This document shows, piece by piece, positions 16,940 to 26,851 of a stretch of 64,000 bases of DNA. The stretch spans positions 236,215-300,214 of the forward strand of contig CAYFPM010000001.1 in assembly GCA_964345045.1 (NCBI GenBank), given 5' to 3'. Each line of letters starts with the position of its first letter. Within the stretch, counting starts at the first letter, position 1. This DNA is from an uncultured Gammaproteobacteria bacterium. GTDB lineage: Bacteria; Patescibacteriota; Patescibacteriia; Magasanikbacterales; UBA922. The notes under the pieces were generated by a model. The model was given only the letters and a program-made list of their open reading frames with translations. It was not told the DNA's origin and made no database searches. Made by a program: the position numbers and the translations under genes.

Positions 16940-17554
16940 ATGATTAAAGCAATCTTTTTTGATTTTGATGGAGTACTAACTTTGCATGGGTATGGTGGTT
17001 TTACGATTGTAAAAAATTTGGTGGCTCAAACTGGAGTAACAGAAGAAAAGATCAAAATTTGCTGGGAGCATTTTAAAAAAGATTTGAAAATAGGTAATGT
17101 AGAGTACAAAGATATGTGGCAAGAATTTTGTACTTGCCTTGGCAAAAAGATCGATATTAGCGTACTCGAATTTGTAAATAAAAACGTGCCACTAAATATT
17201 AAAATGATAGAGTTGGTTCGTAAGTTGCACGAGGCTGGTTACAAAACCGGAATTATTTCTTCCAACATAAAAGAAAGAATGGACGCGATTAGAGAAGAAT
17301 TTGGTCTCGATAATATTTTTGACACTTATTCTATTTCTAGTGATTTGCACAGCGACAAAAAAGATACCATGATTTTTGAAAAAGCTTTGCAAGATTTGTC
17401 TGTAGAAGTAGAAGAATCTGTGTTTATAGATAATCATGCTGTGAATCTTGTAGTTCCAGAAAAAATGGGTTTCAAAACCTACTTTTTTGATCATGAAAAA
17501 AATGATGTGGAGGCTTTTGTAAAACAATTAGAAATATGGGGAGTAAAAGTATAA
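16940..17554 (+). CDS. HAD-superfamily hydrolase
   Basis: The N-terminal IKAIFFDFDGVLT is HAD motif I. Confidence 0.8.
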   Translation: MIKAIFFDFDGVLTLHGYGGFTIVKNLVAQTGVTEEKIKICWEHFKKDLKIGNVEYKDMWQEFCTCLGKKIDISVLEFVNKNVPLNIKMIELVRKLHEAGYKTGIISSNIKERMDAIREEFGLDNIFDTYSISSDLHSDKKDTMIFEKALQDLSVEVEESVFIDNHAVNLVVPEKMGFKTYFFDHEKNDVEAFVKQLEIWGVKV

Positions 17555-18828
17555 CAATTGGTATAGACGTTAGCCGTGCCAACGAGGATGAAAAAACCGG
17601 AGTAGGTTGGTATGCTTGGCATCTTATTGAAAATTTAAAGAAACAAGAAACAAGAAACAAGGGGCCAAAGGGTGAAGATGTTTTTTTTATTGTTTATTCT
17701 CGGGAATCTTTGAAAGGGGAGTTAGCCAAACTTCCAGAAAATTGGAGTAACAAAGTTTTGCACTGGCCACCAAAAAGATTTTGGACACAAATCAGACTTA
17801 GTCTTGAGATGTTATTTAGTCCGCCAGATGTTCTTTTTGTGCCAGCTCATGTTTTTCCAATTATTCATCCCAAAAAAACTATTATGACAGTCCACGATGT
17901 GGCTGCATTAAAATTTTCAAAAAGTTATAATTGGTTTGAACGTTGGTATACAATTTGGTCTGCCAAGACAGCGTTAAAAAAACTTTGGAAGGTGATTGTG
18001 CCGAGTGAATTTACAAAAGGAGAAGTCCTTAAAACATTAAAACTTGAAAACATTAAAACAAATAAAATAAAAGTAGTACAACATGGGTATGATAAGAGGT
18101 ACAGAAAGATTGAGACTGATAATGAGATTGAGATTAATAAAGTTTTGAACAAATATAATATAAAAAAACCGTTCTTACTTTCTGTCGGTCGGTGGGAAGA
18201 AAAGAAAAATACGGCTAGGCTGATTGAATCTTTTGACACCCTATGTCATCTTGAGCGAAACGAACGACCGCAGGGAGAGAGTGAAGTCGAAAGATTTGTC
18301 ACTGGATCAAATTCAAAATCAGAACAGATTTCTCCACTTCATCCCGATTACGCTTCGCTACATCGGGATTACGGTCGAAATGACAATAATAGCAACTTAC
18401 AACTTGTGTTGGTGGGTAAACCTGGTCATGGTTACGAAAAGGTAGAGGAAGCCTTGGAAAAAAGTCCTAACAAAAAAGATATAATAATGCCTGGTTATGT
18501 AGATGTAGAAGATTTGGTTTATTTAATGAATGCGGCCGAGGCATTTGTATTCCCCAGTTTGTACGAGGGATTTGGCTTGCCAGTTTTGGAAGCTCTGGCA
18601 ACAGGTACTCCTGTGGTGGCTAGCAAGGGTACTAGTTTGGAAGAAGTAGGTGGAGAAGCTTGTGTTTATGTAGATCCGATATCGGTAGAGAGTATTGCAA
18701 AGGGGATTAATATGGCTTTGGGAGATAGCCAAAAGAGAAAGGCGAAAAGCGAAAAAGGACTGGAGAGAGTCAAGGATTTTTCTTGGGAAAAATGTGCAGA
18801 GGAGACACTCAAAGTTATCCTATCTTGA
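17536..18828 (+). CDS. Family-4 glycosyltransferase (GT4) carrying an in-frame repeat-element insertion
   Basis: The C-terminal EAFVFPSLYEGFGLPVLEALATGTPVV is the GT4 signature. An extra roughly 45-aa segment, ERNERPQGESEVERFVTGSNSKSEQISPLHPDYASLHRDYGRNDNNSN, sits between the two Rossmann halves. Confidence 0.8.
   Translation: MGSKSITIGIDVSRANEDEKTGVGWYAWHLIENLKKQETRNKGPKGEDVFFIVYSRESLKGELAKLPENWSNKVLHWPPKRFWTQIRLSLEMLFSPPDVLFVPAHVFPIIHPKKTIMTVHDVAALKFSKSYNWFERWYTIWSAKTALKKLWKVIVPSEFTKGEVLKTLKLENIKTNKIKVVQHGYDKRYRKIETDNEIEINKVLNKYNIKKPFLLSVGRWEEKKNTARLIESFDTLCHLERNERPQGESEVERFVTGSNSKSEQISPLHPDYASLHRDYGRNDNNSNLQLVLVGKPGHGYEKVEEALEKSPNKKDIIMPGYVDVEDLVYLMNAAEAFVFPSLYEGFGLPVLEALATGTPVVASKGTSLEEVGGEACVYVDPISVESIAKGINMALGDSQKRKAKSEKGLERVKDFSWEKCAEETLKVILS
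18245..18385. repeat. Degenerate copy of hairpin repeat family F1 inserted in-frame in the GT4 gene
   Basis: tgtcatcttgagcgaaacgaacga...agtgaagtcgaaagat aligns with the F1 consensus agtcatcctgagcgtaagcgaagga...agtggaagtccgaagagat. Confidence 0.5.
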
Positions 18829-18885
18829 AAATAAGAGCGGCAAATGTTTAAATGTTTGCATATTTAATTGTTTAAATGATTTTTT

Positions 18886-20535
18886 ATGAAAGCATCAGAT
18901 TTATTTGTAAAAGCTTTGGAAAATGAAGGGGTGGAATTTATATTTGGAGTGCCTGGAGAAGAAAACTTGGATTTTGTAGAATCTCTTCGCGATTCTAGCA
19001 TTAAGCTAATTGTAACTAGGCACGAGCAAGCTGCTGGTTTTATGGCAGCTACTTATGGTCGTTTTACTGGCAAACCTGGAGTTTGTTTGTCTACCCTTGG
19101 ACCGGGAGCCACTAATTTTGTAACGGCTGCAGCTTATGCCGAGCTTGGCGGTATGCCCATGCTTATGATCACTGGCCAAAAACCAATCAAATCTAGCAAA
19201 CAAGGGCGATTCCAAATAATAGATGTAGTGGGCATGATGAAACCAATTACCAAATACACTACCCAGATTGTAAGTGGTTCTACTATTCCAGCTAGAGTAC
19301 GCGAAGCTTTTCGCGTAGCTATGGAAGAGCGTCCAGGAGCAGTACATCTCGAATTACCAGAAGATATTGCTGCCGAGGAAGTCTCGGAAAGTTTTGTGGT
19401 TTTTCCAATTGAAAAAATTCGCAGACCATCTGCAGAAGAAAAAGCGGTAAAAGCTGCAGTGGATATGATTGAATCTGCCAAACGCCCTTTGATACTAATT
19501 GCAGCTGGCGCCAATAGAAAATTAGTTTCCAATGCTTTGCAAACTTTTGTAGACAAAACTGAAATTCCTTTTTTTACTACCCAGATGGGTAAGGGGGTTT
19601 TGGACGAGAGAAGTGATAAATATTTGGGTTGTGCTGCTCTCTCGGACAAAGATTTTCTCCACTGCGCTGTTGATCGAGCCGACTTAATTATAAATATTGG
19701 ACACGATGTAATAGAAAAACCACCTTTCTTTATGTCTCACCAAAGTGAAATGAAAGTGATTCACATTAATTATTCTTCTGCCAAAGTTGACGATGTTTAT
19801 TTTCCACATTGGGAAGTGGTCGGAGATATTGGAAATTCTTTGCAACAAATAGCAGAAAAAATAGAAGTACAAGATACTTGGGATTTTCACTATTTCACAC
19901 GTGTAAAAGAACAAATTGATGAGCATATCCATAGAGATGACCAAGACAATCGATTTCCAATTATTCCGCAGCGTATTGTGGCCGACGTAAGAAGTGCTGT
20001 GCCAGAAGATGGCATCATTTGCCTCGACAATGGCATGTACAAAATTTGGTTTGCGCGTCATTACAAAGCCTATGGCCAAAACACGGTACTCCTCGACAAT
20101 GCCTTGGCTACTATGGGGGCTGGACTACCTAGTGCTATGGCTGCCAAAATGGTCTACCCAAACAAAAAAGTAATGGCTATTGCCGGGGATGGTGGGTTTA
20201 TGATGAACTCGCAAGATCTCGAAACTGCAGTTAGGCTTAAACTCGATTTAGTAGTGCTAATTTTGAACGACAATGCTTATGGTATGATAAAGTGGAAGCA
20301 AGCTGGTATGGGGATGAAAGAATTTGGACTTGATTTTGGTAATCCAGACTTTGTAAAATATGCCGAAGCTTACGGAGCTATTGGGAAGCGAATTGAAAAA
20401 ACAGAAGACTTGCAAACTTCTATAAAAGAAGCATTTGAAAAAGGTGGAGTTCATGTAATAGAAGTTCCGGTTGACTATTCCGAGAACCAGAAGGTTTTGA
20501 TTGACGAGTTGAGGGATAAGGAGTGTTTGGTCTAA
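18886..20535 (+). CDS. Thiamine-pyrophosphate enzyme, acetolactate synthase large-subunit-like
   Basis: The N-terminal FGVPGEENLDFVESL...HEQAAGFMAATYGRFTGKPGVCLSTLGPGATN and the C-terminal GDGGFMMN are TPP-binding motifs. Confidence 0.75.
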   Translation: MKASDLFVKALENEGVEFIFGVPGEENLDFVESLRDSSIKLIVTRHEQAAGFMAATYGRFTGKPGVCLSTLGPGATNFVTAAAYAELGGMPMLMITGQKPIKSSKQGRFQIIDVVGMMKPITKYTTQIVSGSTIPARVREAFRVAMEERPGAVHLELPEDIAAEEVSESFVVFPIEKIRRPSAEEKAVKAAVDMIESAKRPLILIAAGANRKLVSNALQTFVDKTEIPFFTTQMGKGVLDERSDKYLGCAALSDKDFLHCAVDRADLIINIGHDVIEKPPFFMSHQSEMKVIHINYSSAKVDDVYFPHWEVVGDIGNSLQQIAEKIEVQDTWDFHYFTRVKEQIDEHIHRDDQDNRFPIIPQRIVADVRSAVPEDGIICLDNGMYKIWFARHYKAYGQNTVLLDNALATMGAGLPSAMAAKMVYPNKKVMAIAGDGGFMMNSQDLETAVRLKLDLVVLILNDNAYGMIKWKQAGMGMKEFGLDFGNPDFVKYAEAYGAIGKRIEKTEDLQTSIKEAFEKGGVHVIEVPVDYSENQKVLIDELRDKECLV

Positions 20536-20549
20536 TAGGGAGGAGGGAG

Positions 20550-21013
20550 TAGGCAGGAGGCAGTAGAGTTAGGGCTGAGGCAATAGGCAACAGGGAGTAA
20601 TTTATTTTTAATTTAGGAGGGTATGTCTAAAATAGAATCTTATAAAGATTTAATTGTTTGGCAAAAGGCCATCAGCCTAGTAGAGGAAATTTATTTACAA
20701 ACAAGTTTTTTGCCGAAAGAAGAATTATATGGGCTTTCGAGTCAAATGAGAAGATGTGCCGTGTCTATCCCGTCAAATATTGCAGAAGGATATAGACGTA
20801 GGTCAACAGGGGACTATGCCAGGTTTTTATCGATTGCCGATGGTTCAGCCGCAGAATTAGAAACCCAATTAATAATTGCAAATAAAATATATAAAAATAT
20901 TAATTTAGAAAAGAGTTTTTCAATTTTAGAAGAAATCCAAAAAATACTATTTACTATCATTAAAAAACTAAGAGCGTAGGAATACTGTTGCCTTTTGCCT
21001 CCTGCCTAACCCC
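20550..21013. repeat. Inverted repeats flanking the four-helix-bundle gene (IVS-like cassette outside rRNA)
   Basis: Left: gtaggcaggaggca...aggcaacag. Right: ctgttgcctttt gcctcctgcctaac. They are complementary and would form a long stem enclosing the ORF. The motif GGCAGGAGGCA recurs in the 61352..61399 hairpin. Confidence 0.55.
20623..20979 (+). CDS. Four-helix-bundle protein (the family usually encoded in 23S rRNA intervening sequences)
   Basis: IVWQKAISLVEEIY...LSSQMRRCAVSIPSNIAEGYRR...FLSIADGSAAELETQLIIA is the TIGR02436-type pattern. Confidence 0.75.
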   Translation: MSKIESYKDLIVWQKAISLVEEIYLQTSFLPKEELYGLSSQMRRCAVSIPSNIAEGYRRRSTGDYARFLSIADGSAAELETQLIIANKIYKNINLEKSFSILEEIQKILFTIIKKLRA

Positions 21014-21024
21014 TACAGAAAATT

Positions 21025-22386
21025 ATGTTACTTTCCACCAACCCCACAACCGAAGAAATAATCAACGAAACAGAAGAATTAACTAGCGAAGAAATTGAAC
21101 AGAAGCTAGCCGTGGCGCACGACACTTACTTGCAATGGCGAGAAACTAGCTTTGCCCACCGAGCCGAGCGTATGAAACGCTTGGCAGAGCTACTACGCAA
21201 AGACGCCAGAAAATATGCCGAAATTACTACCCGAGAAATGGGTAGACCTATCAAGCAGTCTCTAGCCTCTGTAGAAAAGTGTGCCTGGGTGTGTGACTAC
21301 TATGCAAAAGAGGCAGAAGAAATGCTAAAACCAGAAATGATCGAAGCTGACGCTAGCAAAAGTTATGTCCGTTTTGACCCGATTGGAATTGTACTCGCAG
21401 TGATGCCGTGGAATTATCCATTGTGGCAGGTAATGCGTTTTATTGTGCCTGCAGCCATGGCTGGAAATGTGGGAATCTTAAAACACGCCAGCAATGTGCA
21501 AATGTCTGCGCAGCTAATAGAAGAACTTTTTGACAAAGCTGGTTTTCCACAAGGAGTTTTCCAAAATTTGCCAATTGGTTCTAGCAAAGTAGCTGGGATT
21601 ATAGAAGATGATAGAGTGCGTGCCATCACCCTAACCGGTAGTGAGTACGCTGGTAGCAAAGTGGCCGAAGTGGCTGGCAAAGAAATTAAAAAAACAGTTT
21701 TGGAACTTGGTGGTAGTGACCCTTTTATTATTCTAAGTGACGCCGATATCCCTACGGCTTGCGAAGTTGGTACCACGGCCAGACTGCAAAATGCTGGTCA
21801 GAGTTGTATTGCTGCCAAAAGATTTATAGTAGTAAAAGACAGACTAGAAGAATTTTTGCAGATTTACAAAGAGCGTTACGAAGCTATGGTGGTGGGCGAC
21901 CCAATGGACGAGAATACCGACATGGGGCCAGTAGTCACAGAAAAAAGTTTAGAAGAAATACAAAAGCAAGTTGAGAAGTCTGTAGAACTGGGTGCTAAGG
22001 TTGTAACGGGTGGAAATAGAGTAGGGGACAAAGGTTACTTTTTTGCCCCCACCATCCTCCGCGATGTAGCGCCAGGTATGCCGGCCTACGACGACGAATT
22101 ATTTGGCCCGGTGGCTAGTGTAATTGTGGCCGAAGACGAAGATGATGCGATAAGAATTGCCAATGATCATCGCTATGGACTGGGTGGTTCGCTATGGTCC
22201 GAGGATACAGAGAAGGCCGAGAAGTTGGCAGCCAAGATTGATACTGGGGCAGTGTTTATAAATAGTATGACCAAGTCTGATCCGCGGTTGCCTTTTGGTG
22301 GTGTGAAAAAATCTGGTTTTGGTCGCGAGTTGTCGCACTATGGTATTAAGGAGTTTACGAATGTTAAGACGGTGTTGGTGAAGTAA
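21025..22386 (+). CDS. NAD(P)-dependent aldehyde dehydrogenase
   Basis: The ELGGSDPFII and GQSCIAAKRF motifs (catalytic Cys). Length is typical of the family. Confidence 0.85.
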   Translation: MLLSTNPTTEEIINETEELTSEEIEQKLAVAHDTYLQWRETSFAHRAERMKRLAELLRKDARKYAEITTREMGRPIKQSLASVEKCAWVCDYYAKEAEEMLKPEMIEADASKSYVRFDPIGIVLAVMPWNYPLWQVMRFIVPAAMAGNVGILKHASNVQMSAQLIEELFDKAGFPQGVFQNLPIGSSKVAGIIEDDRVRAITLTGSEYAGSKVAEVAGKEIKKTVLELGGSDPFIILSDADIPTACEVGTTARLQNAGQSCIAAKRFIVVKDRLEEFLQIYKERYEAMVVGDPMDENTDMGPVVTEKSLEEIQKQVEKSVELGAKVVTGGNRVGDKGYFFAPTILRDVAPGMPAYDDELFGPVASVIVAEDEDDAIRIANDHRYGLGGSLWSEDTEKAEKLAAKIDTGAVFINSMTKSDPRLPFGGVKKSGFGRELSHYGIKEFTNVKTVLVK

Positions 22387-22393
22387 AAGTTTT

Positions 22394-23245
22394 ATGGGTA
22401 GTTTAAAAAATCATTTCGATTTTGAGAGTAATGGTTTTTTTGGAGTAGTTGACTTAGAAGATGTGTATGACGGTTTTGATGTGTATAAAGCTTTGGGCAG
22501 AGATGGCTTCTTTTCTATTTTTAGCTTTTATATTACTGAAGATGATTTTAATGCTGCTAACGATAAGAAAGCAATCACAATAATAGTTAATAATGGTAAA
22601 TTTAAAAATGGTGAATTGATTACATCATCAACTACGATAAAAACTTCTACATTCGATCCAATATGTATAATTTCTAAAAAACAATATTTTTTTGATTCTA
22701 AAACAGAGGAATTTTATAAAAAAAATAAAAAAACACATAAAAAAATTTGCCCTCATAATATACTTAGTGAAGTGGAAAATTTGCACATAAAACCAACAAA
22801 AATGGTAGTTGGTTTTGGGATAAGATTTAAATTATTTTTTTGGCTTTTGTCAGCTAGATTATTTTATACTTTTTACAAAGTATTCTCTGCGGTTTTATTT
22901 TTGGTTGATGGCACAAAAACAAAGAATATATATTGGGGTAATCTTTATCCAGAAACTGTACACGAGAATGATTTTAAGGATCGTGAAAAAGGGAATCTTC
23001 TGGGTTATAAAGCTTCTTATTGGGCAATAACATCTTATTCTATACTACATATTTTTATATTTCTTACTTTTTATGTACTAAATATTAGACCAAGTATAAT
23101 CAGAGTTATATTAACTTACAATTTTATTACAGGAGTTTATATTGTTTCTTCAGTGTATTTGTATGAACATGCATTGCCATATTTTTTAAAATTTTTACTT
23201 ATTAAATTAGCAAGAGGGTACTTATTTTTAAGTAAAAAAATATAA
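22394..23245 (+). CDS. Hypothetical membrane protein, extremely AT-rich
   Basis: 283 aa with four C-terminal hydrophobic helices. Codon usage is much lower in GC than the neighbours. Confidence 0.45.
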   Translation: MGSLKNHFDFESNGFFGVVDLEDVYDGFDVYKALGRDGFFSIFSFYITEDDFNAANDKKAITIIVNNGKFKNGELITSSTTIKTSTFDPICIISKKQYFFDSKTEEFYKKNKKTHKKICPHNILSEVENLHIKPTKMVVGFGIRFKLFFWLLSARLFYTFYKVFSAVLFLVDGTKTKNIYWGNLYPETVHENDFKDREKGNLLGYKASYWAITSYSILHIFIFLTFYVLNIRPSIIRVILTYNFITGVYIVSSVYLYEHALPYFLKFLLIKLARGYLFLSKKI

Positions 23246-23306
23246 GTACGTGTTTGGTACAAATACCACTTTTTTTCTTCCTTTATCTATGCTACCATAA
23301 TCCCAT

Positions 23307-24236
23307 ATGAACATTGTAGGCCACGACCAAGTCCTAGAATTTTTTGATAAAGTCATAAAAAATGACAAACTTAGCCATGCCTACTGCTTTGCCGGCCCAG
23401 CAAACGTAGGCAAATTTACAATTGCTAAAAATATAGCTGCACAAATTTTGGGAGTAGAAATAGAAAAATTAGGTGTTCAACCAGATTACAGTTTGGTAGA
23501 GCAAGAAGAAAACGAGAAGACTGGCAAAACCAAAAGAAACATAGATATTGATCAAATTCGCAGTTTGCGCGAAACCCTAACCAGAAGAGCATTCCTAAAT
23601 GGTTACAAAGTAGCTATAATAAACGAGGCCGAAAAAATGAATACCAACTCGGCGAATGCTCTACTAAAAACACTGGAAGAACCAAAAGAAAAGACAGTCA
23701 TATTTTTGGTAACTGAAAACGAAGATTTGTTGCCAAGTACCATTCGCTCCCGTTCTCAAATAATCAATTTCGATTTGGTAAAAACAGAAAAAATAGAAAA
23801 AGTTTTAAAAGAAAAAAAAGTAGACAAAGCCGAAGAAATTTCTCGATTGTGTATGGGGAGACCAGGTCTAGCAATTACTTGGGCAGCAGACACAGAAGCT
23901 TACGAAGCACACAAAGCAGAGATAGTAAGGTTTGCAACTCTGTTTGGAAAGAATTTTCATGATAAAATAAAGATAGTAGAAGATTTGTTTGGCGACAAGA
24001 CCGATCATATTTTGGCCAGACAAAGATTGCAATCAGTTTTAAGTTTGTGGCTAGTACTTTTTCGAGATGCTCTTTCGGAAAATAGTGAACGCGCTTTTCA
24101 CAAAGTTAGTCAAAAACTAAATTTGAGCAATAAACAAATTTTAAAAAATATTTATCAAATTCAAAAAACCAAGGATTTACTAAACAAAAATGTACATCCT
24201 AGACTTCTTTTGGAAGAAGTCTTGCTAAATATATAA
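23307..24236 (+). CDS. holB: DNA polymerase III delta-prime subunit-like AAA protein
   Basis: HAYCFAGPANVGKFTIAKNIA is a P-loop. The later motif is truncated to LEEP, as in delta' (holB); this is why the call is not holA or dnaX. Confidence 0.75.
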   Translation: MNIVGHDQVLEFFDKVIKNDKLSHAYCFAGPANVGKFTIAKNIAAQILGVEIEKLGVQPDYSLVEQEENEKTGKTKRNIDIDQIRSLRETLTRRAFLNGYKVAIINEAEKMNTNSANALLKTLEEPKEKTVIFLVTENEDLLPSTIRSRSQIINFDLVKTEKIEKVLKEKKVDKAEEISRLCMGRPGLAITWAADTEAYEAHKAEIVRFATLFGKNFHDKIKIVEDLFGDKTDHILARQRLQSVLSLWLVLFRDALSENSERAFHKVSQKLNLSNKQILKNIYQIQKTKDLLNKNVHPRLLLEEVLLNI

Positions 24237-24239
24237 AAT

Positions 24240-25325
24240 ATGAAAAGTCTATACTTTCGTTTTGGTTTTGTCCTAGCCATGGTGTTACTTATTGGCCAAG
24301 GTTGTTTTTCACTTACTCCTGCGGACGGTTTGTCTACTACCGGTCCTGCCGGAGTTTTTGTATCTGTAGACAAGGGAGATAATTGGCAATCAATTTCATT
24401 ACTTCCTACAGTAGACGGGGTCAAAGATCTATCCGATGTTAGTGTATACAGACTCTTCCCAGATCCACAAGATCCAGAAGCCTTGTACTGGGCTACCAGA
24501 AGAAATGGTTTTTATTTTAGTTACGACGAAGGTAGAACTTGGCAACAACCAAGAGGTGGTATAGATCGTGGTTTTATTTACAGCATTACAGTTGATCCTC
24601 GCGACAGGTGTACTTTGTATATTACCAATGGTTTGCAGATAATGCGCAGTGATGATTGTAGTCGTTCTTGGGAAGAAGTTTATAGAGAATCTAGATCAGA
24701 TACCAAGATCACTTCTATCACCTTTAATCCTCACAATCCGGAAGAAATTTTTATGCTAGAGAGCGAAGGAGATTTGCTCAAAACTACTGATGAAGGAAAA
24801 AGCTGGACAGTAGTACATAGATTCGAAAGAGATAGCGCCGATATTTTTGCCGACAATCTCCAAAAAGATGTGTTTTTTGTAGCCACCAGAGATTCTGGAA
24901 TTTATCGTTCTATAGATGGTGGCGAAACTTGGGTGTCTCTAGAAGAAAACATGAGTGATTTTTCCGGAGCTCACGAATATCGTAGATTTTACCTTCATCC
25001 AACCCAGAGAGAAACCTTGTACTGGGTGTCTACCTATGGTATTCTGCGTTCTACCAATAGTGGCGATACGTGGGAATCTATTGACCTAATTACTCCTCCT
25101 GGCAGTGTACAAATTTACGGTTTTGCCGTAAATCCAAACAATGAGAACGAACTTTATTATACAGCCACTATCAATAATCGTTCGACATTTTATCGCAGTG
25201 TAGACGGTGGTATAAATTGGACTACCAAAAAACTTCCATCTGGTCAACTGCCAACATTATTATACGTACACCCCGAAAAAGAGGATATTGTTTATCTAGG
25301 TTTTACTATCCCACCATCACAATAA
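24240..25325 (+). CDS. Lipoprotein with BNR/Asp-box repeats (beta-propeller)
   Basis: Lipobox LLIGQGC. Repeats SVDKGDNW, SYDEGRTW, TTDEGKSW, SIDGGETW, STNSGDTW, SVDGGINW. Confidence 0.75.
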   Translation: MKSLYFRFGFVLAMVLLIGQGCFSLTPADGLSTTGPAGVFVSVDKGDNWQSISLLPTVDGVKDLSDVSVYRLFPDPQDPEALYWATRRNGFYFSYDEGRTWQQPRGGIDRGFIYSITVDPRDRCTLYITNGLQIMRSDDCSRSWEEVYRESRSDTKITSITFNPHNPEEIFMLESEGDLLKTTDEGKSWTVVHRFERDSADIFADNLQKDVFFVATRDSGIYRSIDGGETWVSLEENMSDFSGAHEYRRFYLHPTQRETLYWVSTYGILRSTNSGDTWESIDLITPPGSVQIYGFAVNPNNENELYYTATINNRSTFYRSVDGGINWTTKKLPSGQLPTLLYVHPEKEDIVYLGFTIPPSQ

Positions 25326-25329
25326 TTAT

Positions 25330-25881
25330 ATGAATTTTGTAGACCCGCAAAAAGAAAATTTTGACAAATCTATCGATCATTTGAAACACGAGCTTTTGGG
25401 ACTTCGTACCGGTAGAGCTACTCCGGCGATTGTAGAAGATATTTCTGTAGAAGCTTATGGTAGCAAACAACAATTAAAATCTTTGGCTTCTATAGCTGTG
25501 GCTGATGCCAAAACTATTACTGTAGAGCCTTGGGACAAAAGTGTTTTGGCGGCTGTAGAAACGGCTATTCGTAATTCGGATTTGGGGATTAATCCTGTGA
25601 ACGATGGATCACTAATTAGATTGGTTTTGCCAGATTTAACTCAAGACAGAAGACAAGAACTTATAAAAGTGCTTCACAAAAAATTGGAAGAAGCCAGAAT
25701 TGCGGTACGCAAAGTTAGAGAAGATGTAAAGAAAAAAATAGATAACGCAGAAAAAAACAAAGAAATTGCTGAAGATGAAAAGTTTAAACAAAATGATGAT
25801 TTGGAAAAAATGGTAAAAGAATATAATGACAAGATAAAAGAAATCGGTGAAGAAAAAGAAAAAGAAATAAATACAGTTTAG
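25330..25881 (+). CDS. frr: Ribosome recycling factor
   Basis: LRTGRATPAIVEDISVEAYG...DLGINPVNDGSLIRLVLPDLTQDRRQEL is the RRF signature. Confidence 0.95.
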   Translation: MNFVDPQKENFDKSIDHLKHELLGLRTGRATPAIVEDISVEAYGSKQQLKSLASIAVADAKTITVEPWDKSVLAAVETAIRNSDLGINPVNDGSLIRLVLPDLTQDRRQELIKVLHKKLEEARIAVRKVREDVKKKIDNAEKNKEIAEDEKFKQNDDLEKMVKEYNDKIKEIGEEKEKEINTV

Positions 25882-26002
25882 AATACGGATTACGCAGATT
25901 TTTTAAAAAGATTACACAGATTTGAATTGATTTTTATATTAATCAAAACTTAATAACTAAACGCTATACGCTAAAATCTAACCCCTAAACATCTAAAAAA
26001 AT

Positions 26003-26848
26003 ATGCCTGCATCCAAAAAATCAATGGCCAAAAAAAGAAGAGAAAAAGCCGATATCCCTAGAGCCGAAGGCCCGGAGCACTCCAATGGAGTCGTGGTAGC
26101 ACTATCTTTAATAATTTTTTTGTTAGTAGCTGCTGGACTTTTTGGAGCTTTTCAAACTAGATTAAAAAAAGAAATTGGTGGTATAAGTAATTTGTCTCAA
26201 AAAACAAAAGTAGAATTACAACAAGAAATTGAAGTTTTGAAAAATGAATTGGCCGAAGCCAATGCTTCGGAAGAAGCTAGAATTTCTGAAAGACTTTCCA
26301 AATTAGAATTGTCTGCCAGAGTAGATTGTTCAAACATTGGATCAAAATGGTCTACTTTTGTAGATGTTGGTAACAACTGGGCATTTTGTTATTTAAATGA
26401 TTGGGGGGAACCAGAATTAGTTGAATCAACCGGCTCAGCCGCCTGCGAAGCCGGTACTAGTTGGTCTGTAGCCTTTGGCGGTGAAGAAGCTCCAACTATG
26501 AGATTTGATACTCCGGATTTTGATGTGGCCTGCCCTGCCACTGGTAATTTGGCTTTTTGCTGGTCTTGTATAAATGATTTATCGGATGATGAAGAAGTGA
26601 TTGAAGAAAGTTTGCAATTGGAAGAAGAAGCCGAGATAGAATTATTTGCAACTAAAAGTGCTCATGCTGTGTTAAAGTTAGAAGCAGAAATTTTGGATGA
26701 GGACGAAGAAACTATTCAAACTTCTGGGTACTATATCCCAAAATCTATTCGTTCTGCCGAATACAATTTGCAAGTTGTTACCAACGGTGATGAAGACAAT
26801 GTAGAAACAATGATAAAAAATATGTTTATTGGAGAAGTTGTAAAATAG
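26003..26848 (+). CDS. Hypothetical membrane-anchored, Cys-rich, acidic protein
   Basis: N-terminal basic segment, a TM helix, a coiled coil, a Cys-rich ectodomain and an acidic tail. Confidence 0.55.
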   Translation: MPASKKSMAKKRREKADIPRAEGPEHSNGVVVALSLIIFLLVAAGLFGAFQTRLKKEIGGISNLSQKTKVELQQEIEVLKNELAEANASEEARISERLSKLELSARVDCSNIGSKWSTFVDVGNNWAFCYLNDWGEPELVESTGSAACEAGTSWSVAFGGEEAPTMRFDTPDFDVACPATGNLAFCWSCINDLSDDEEVIEESLQLEEEAEIELFATKSAHAVLKLEAEILDEDEETIQTSGYYIPKSIRSAEYNLQVVTNGDEDNVETMIKNMFIGEVVK

Positions 26849-26851
26849 TTT

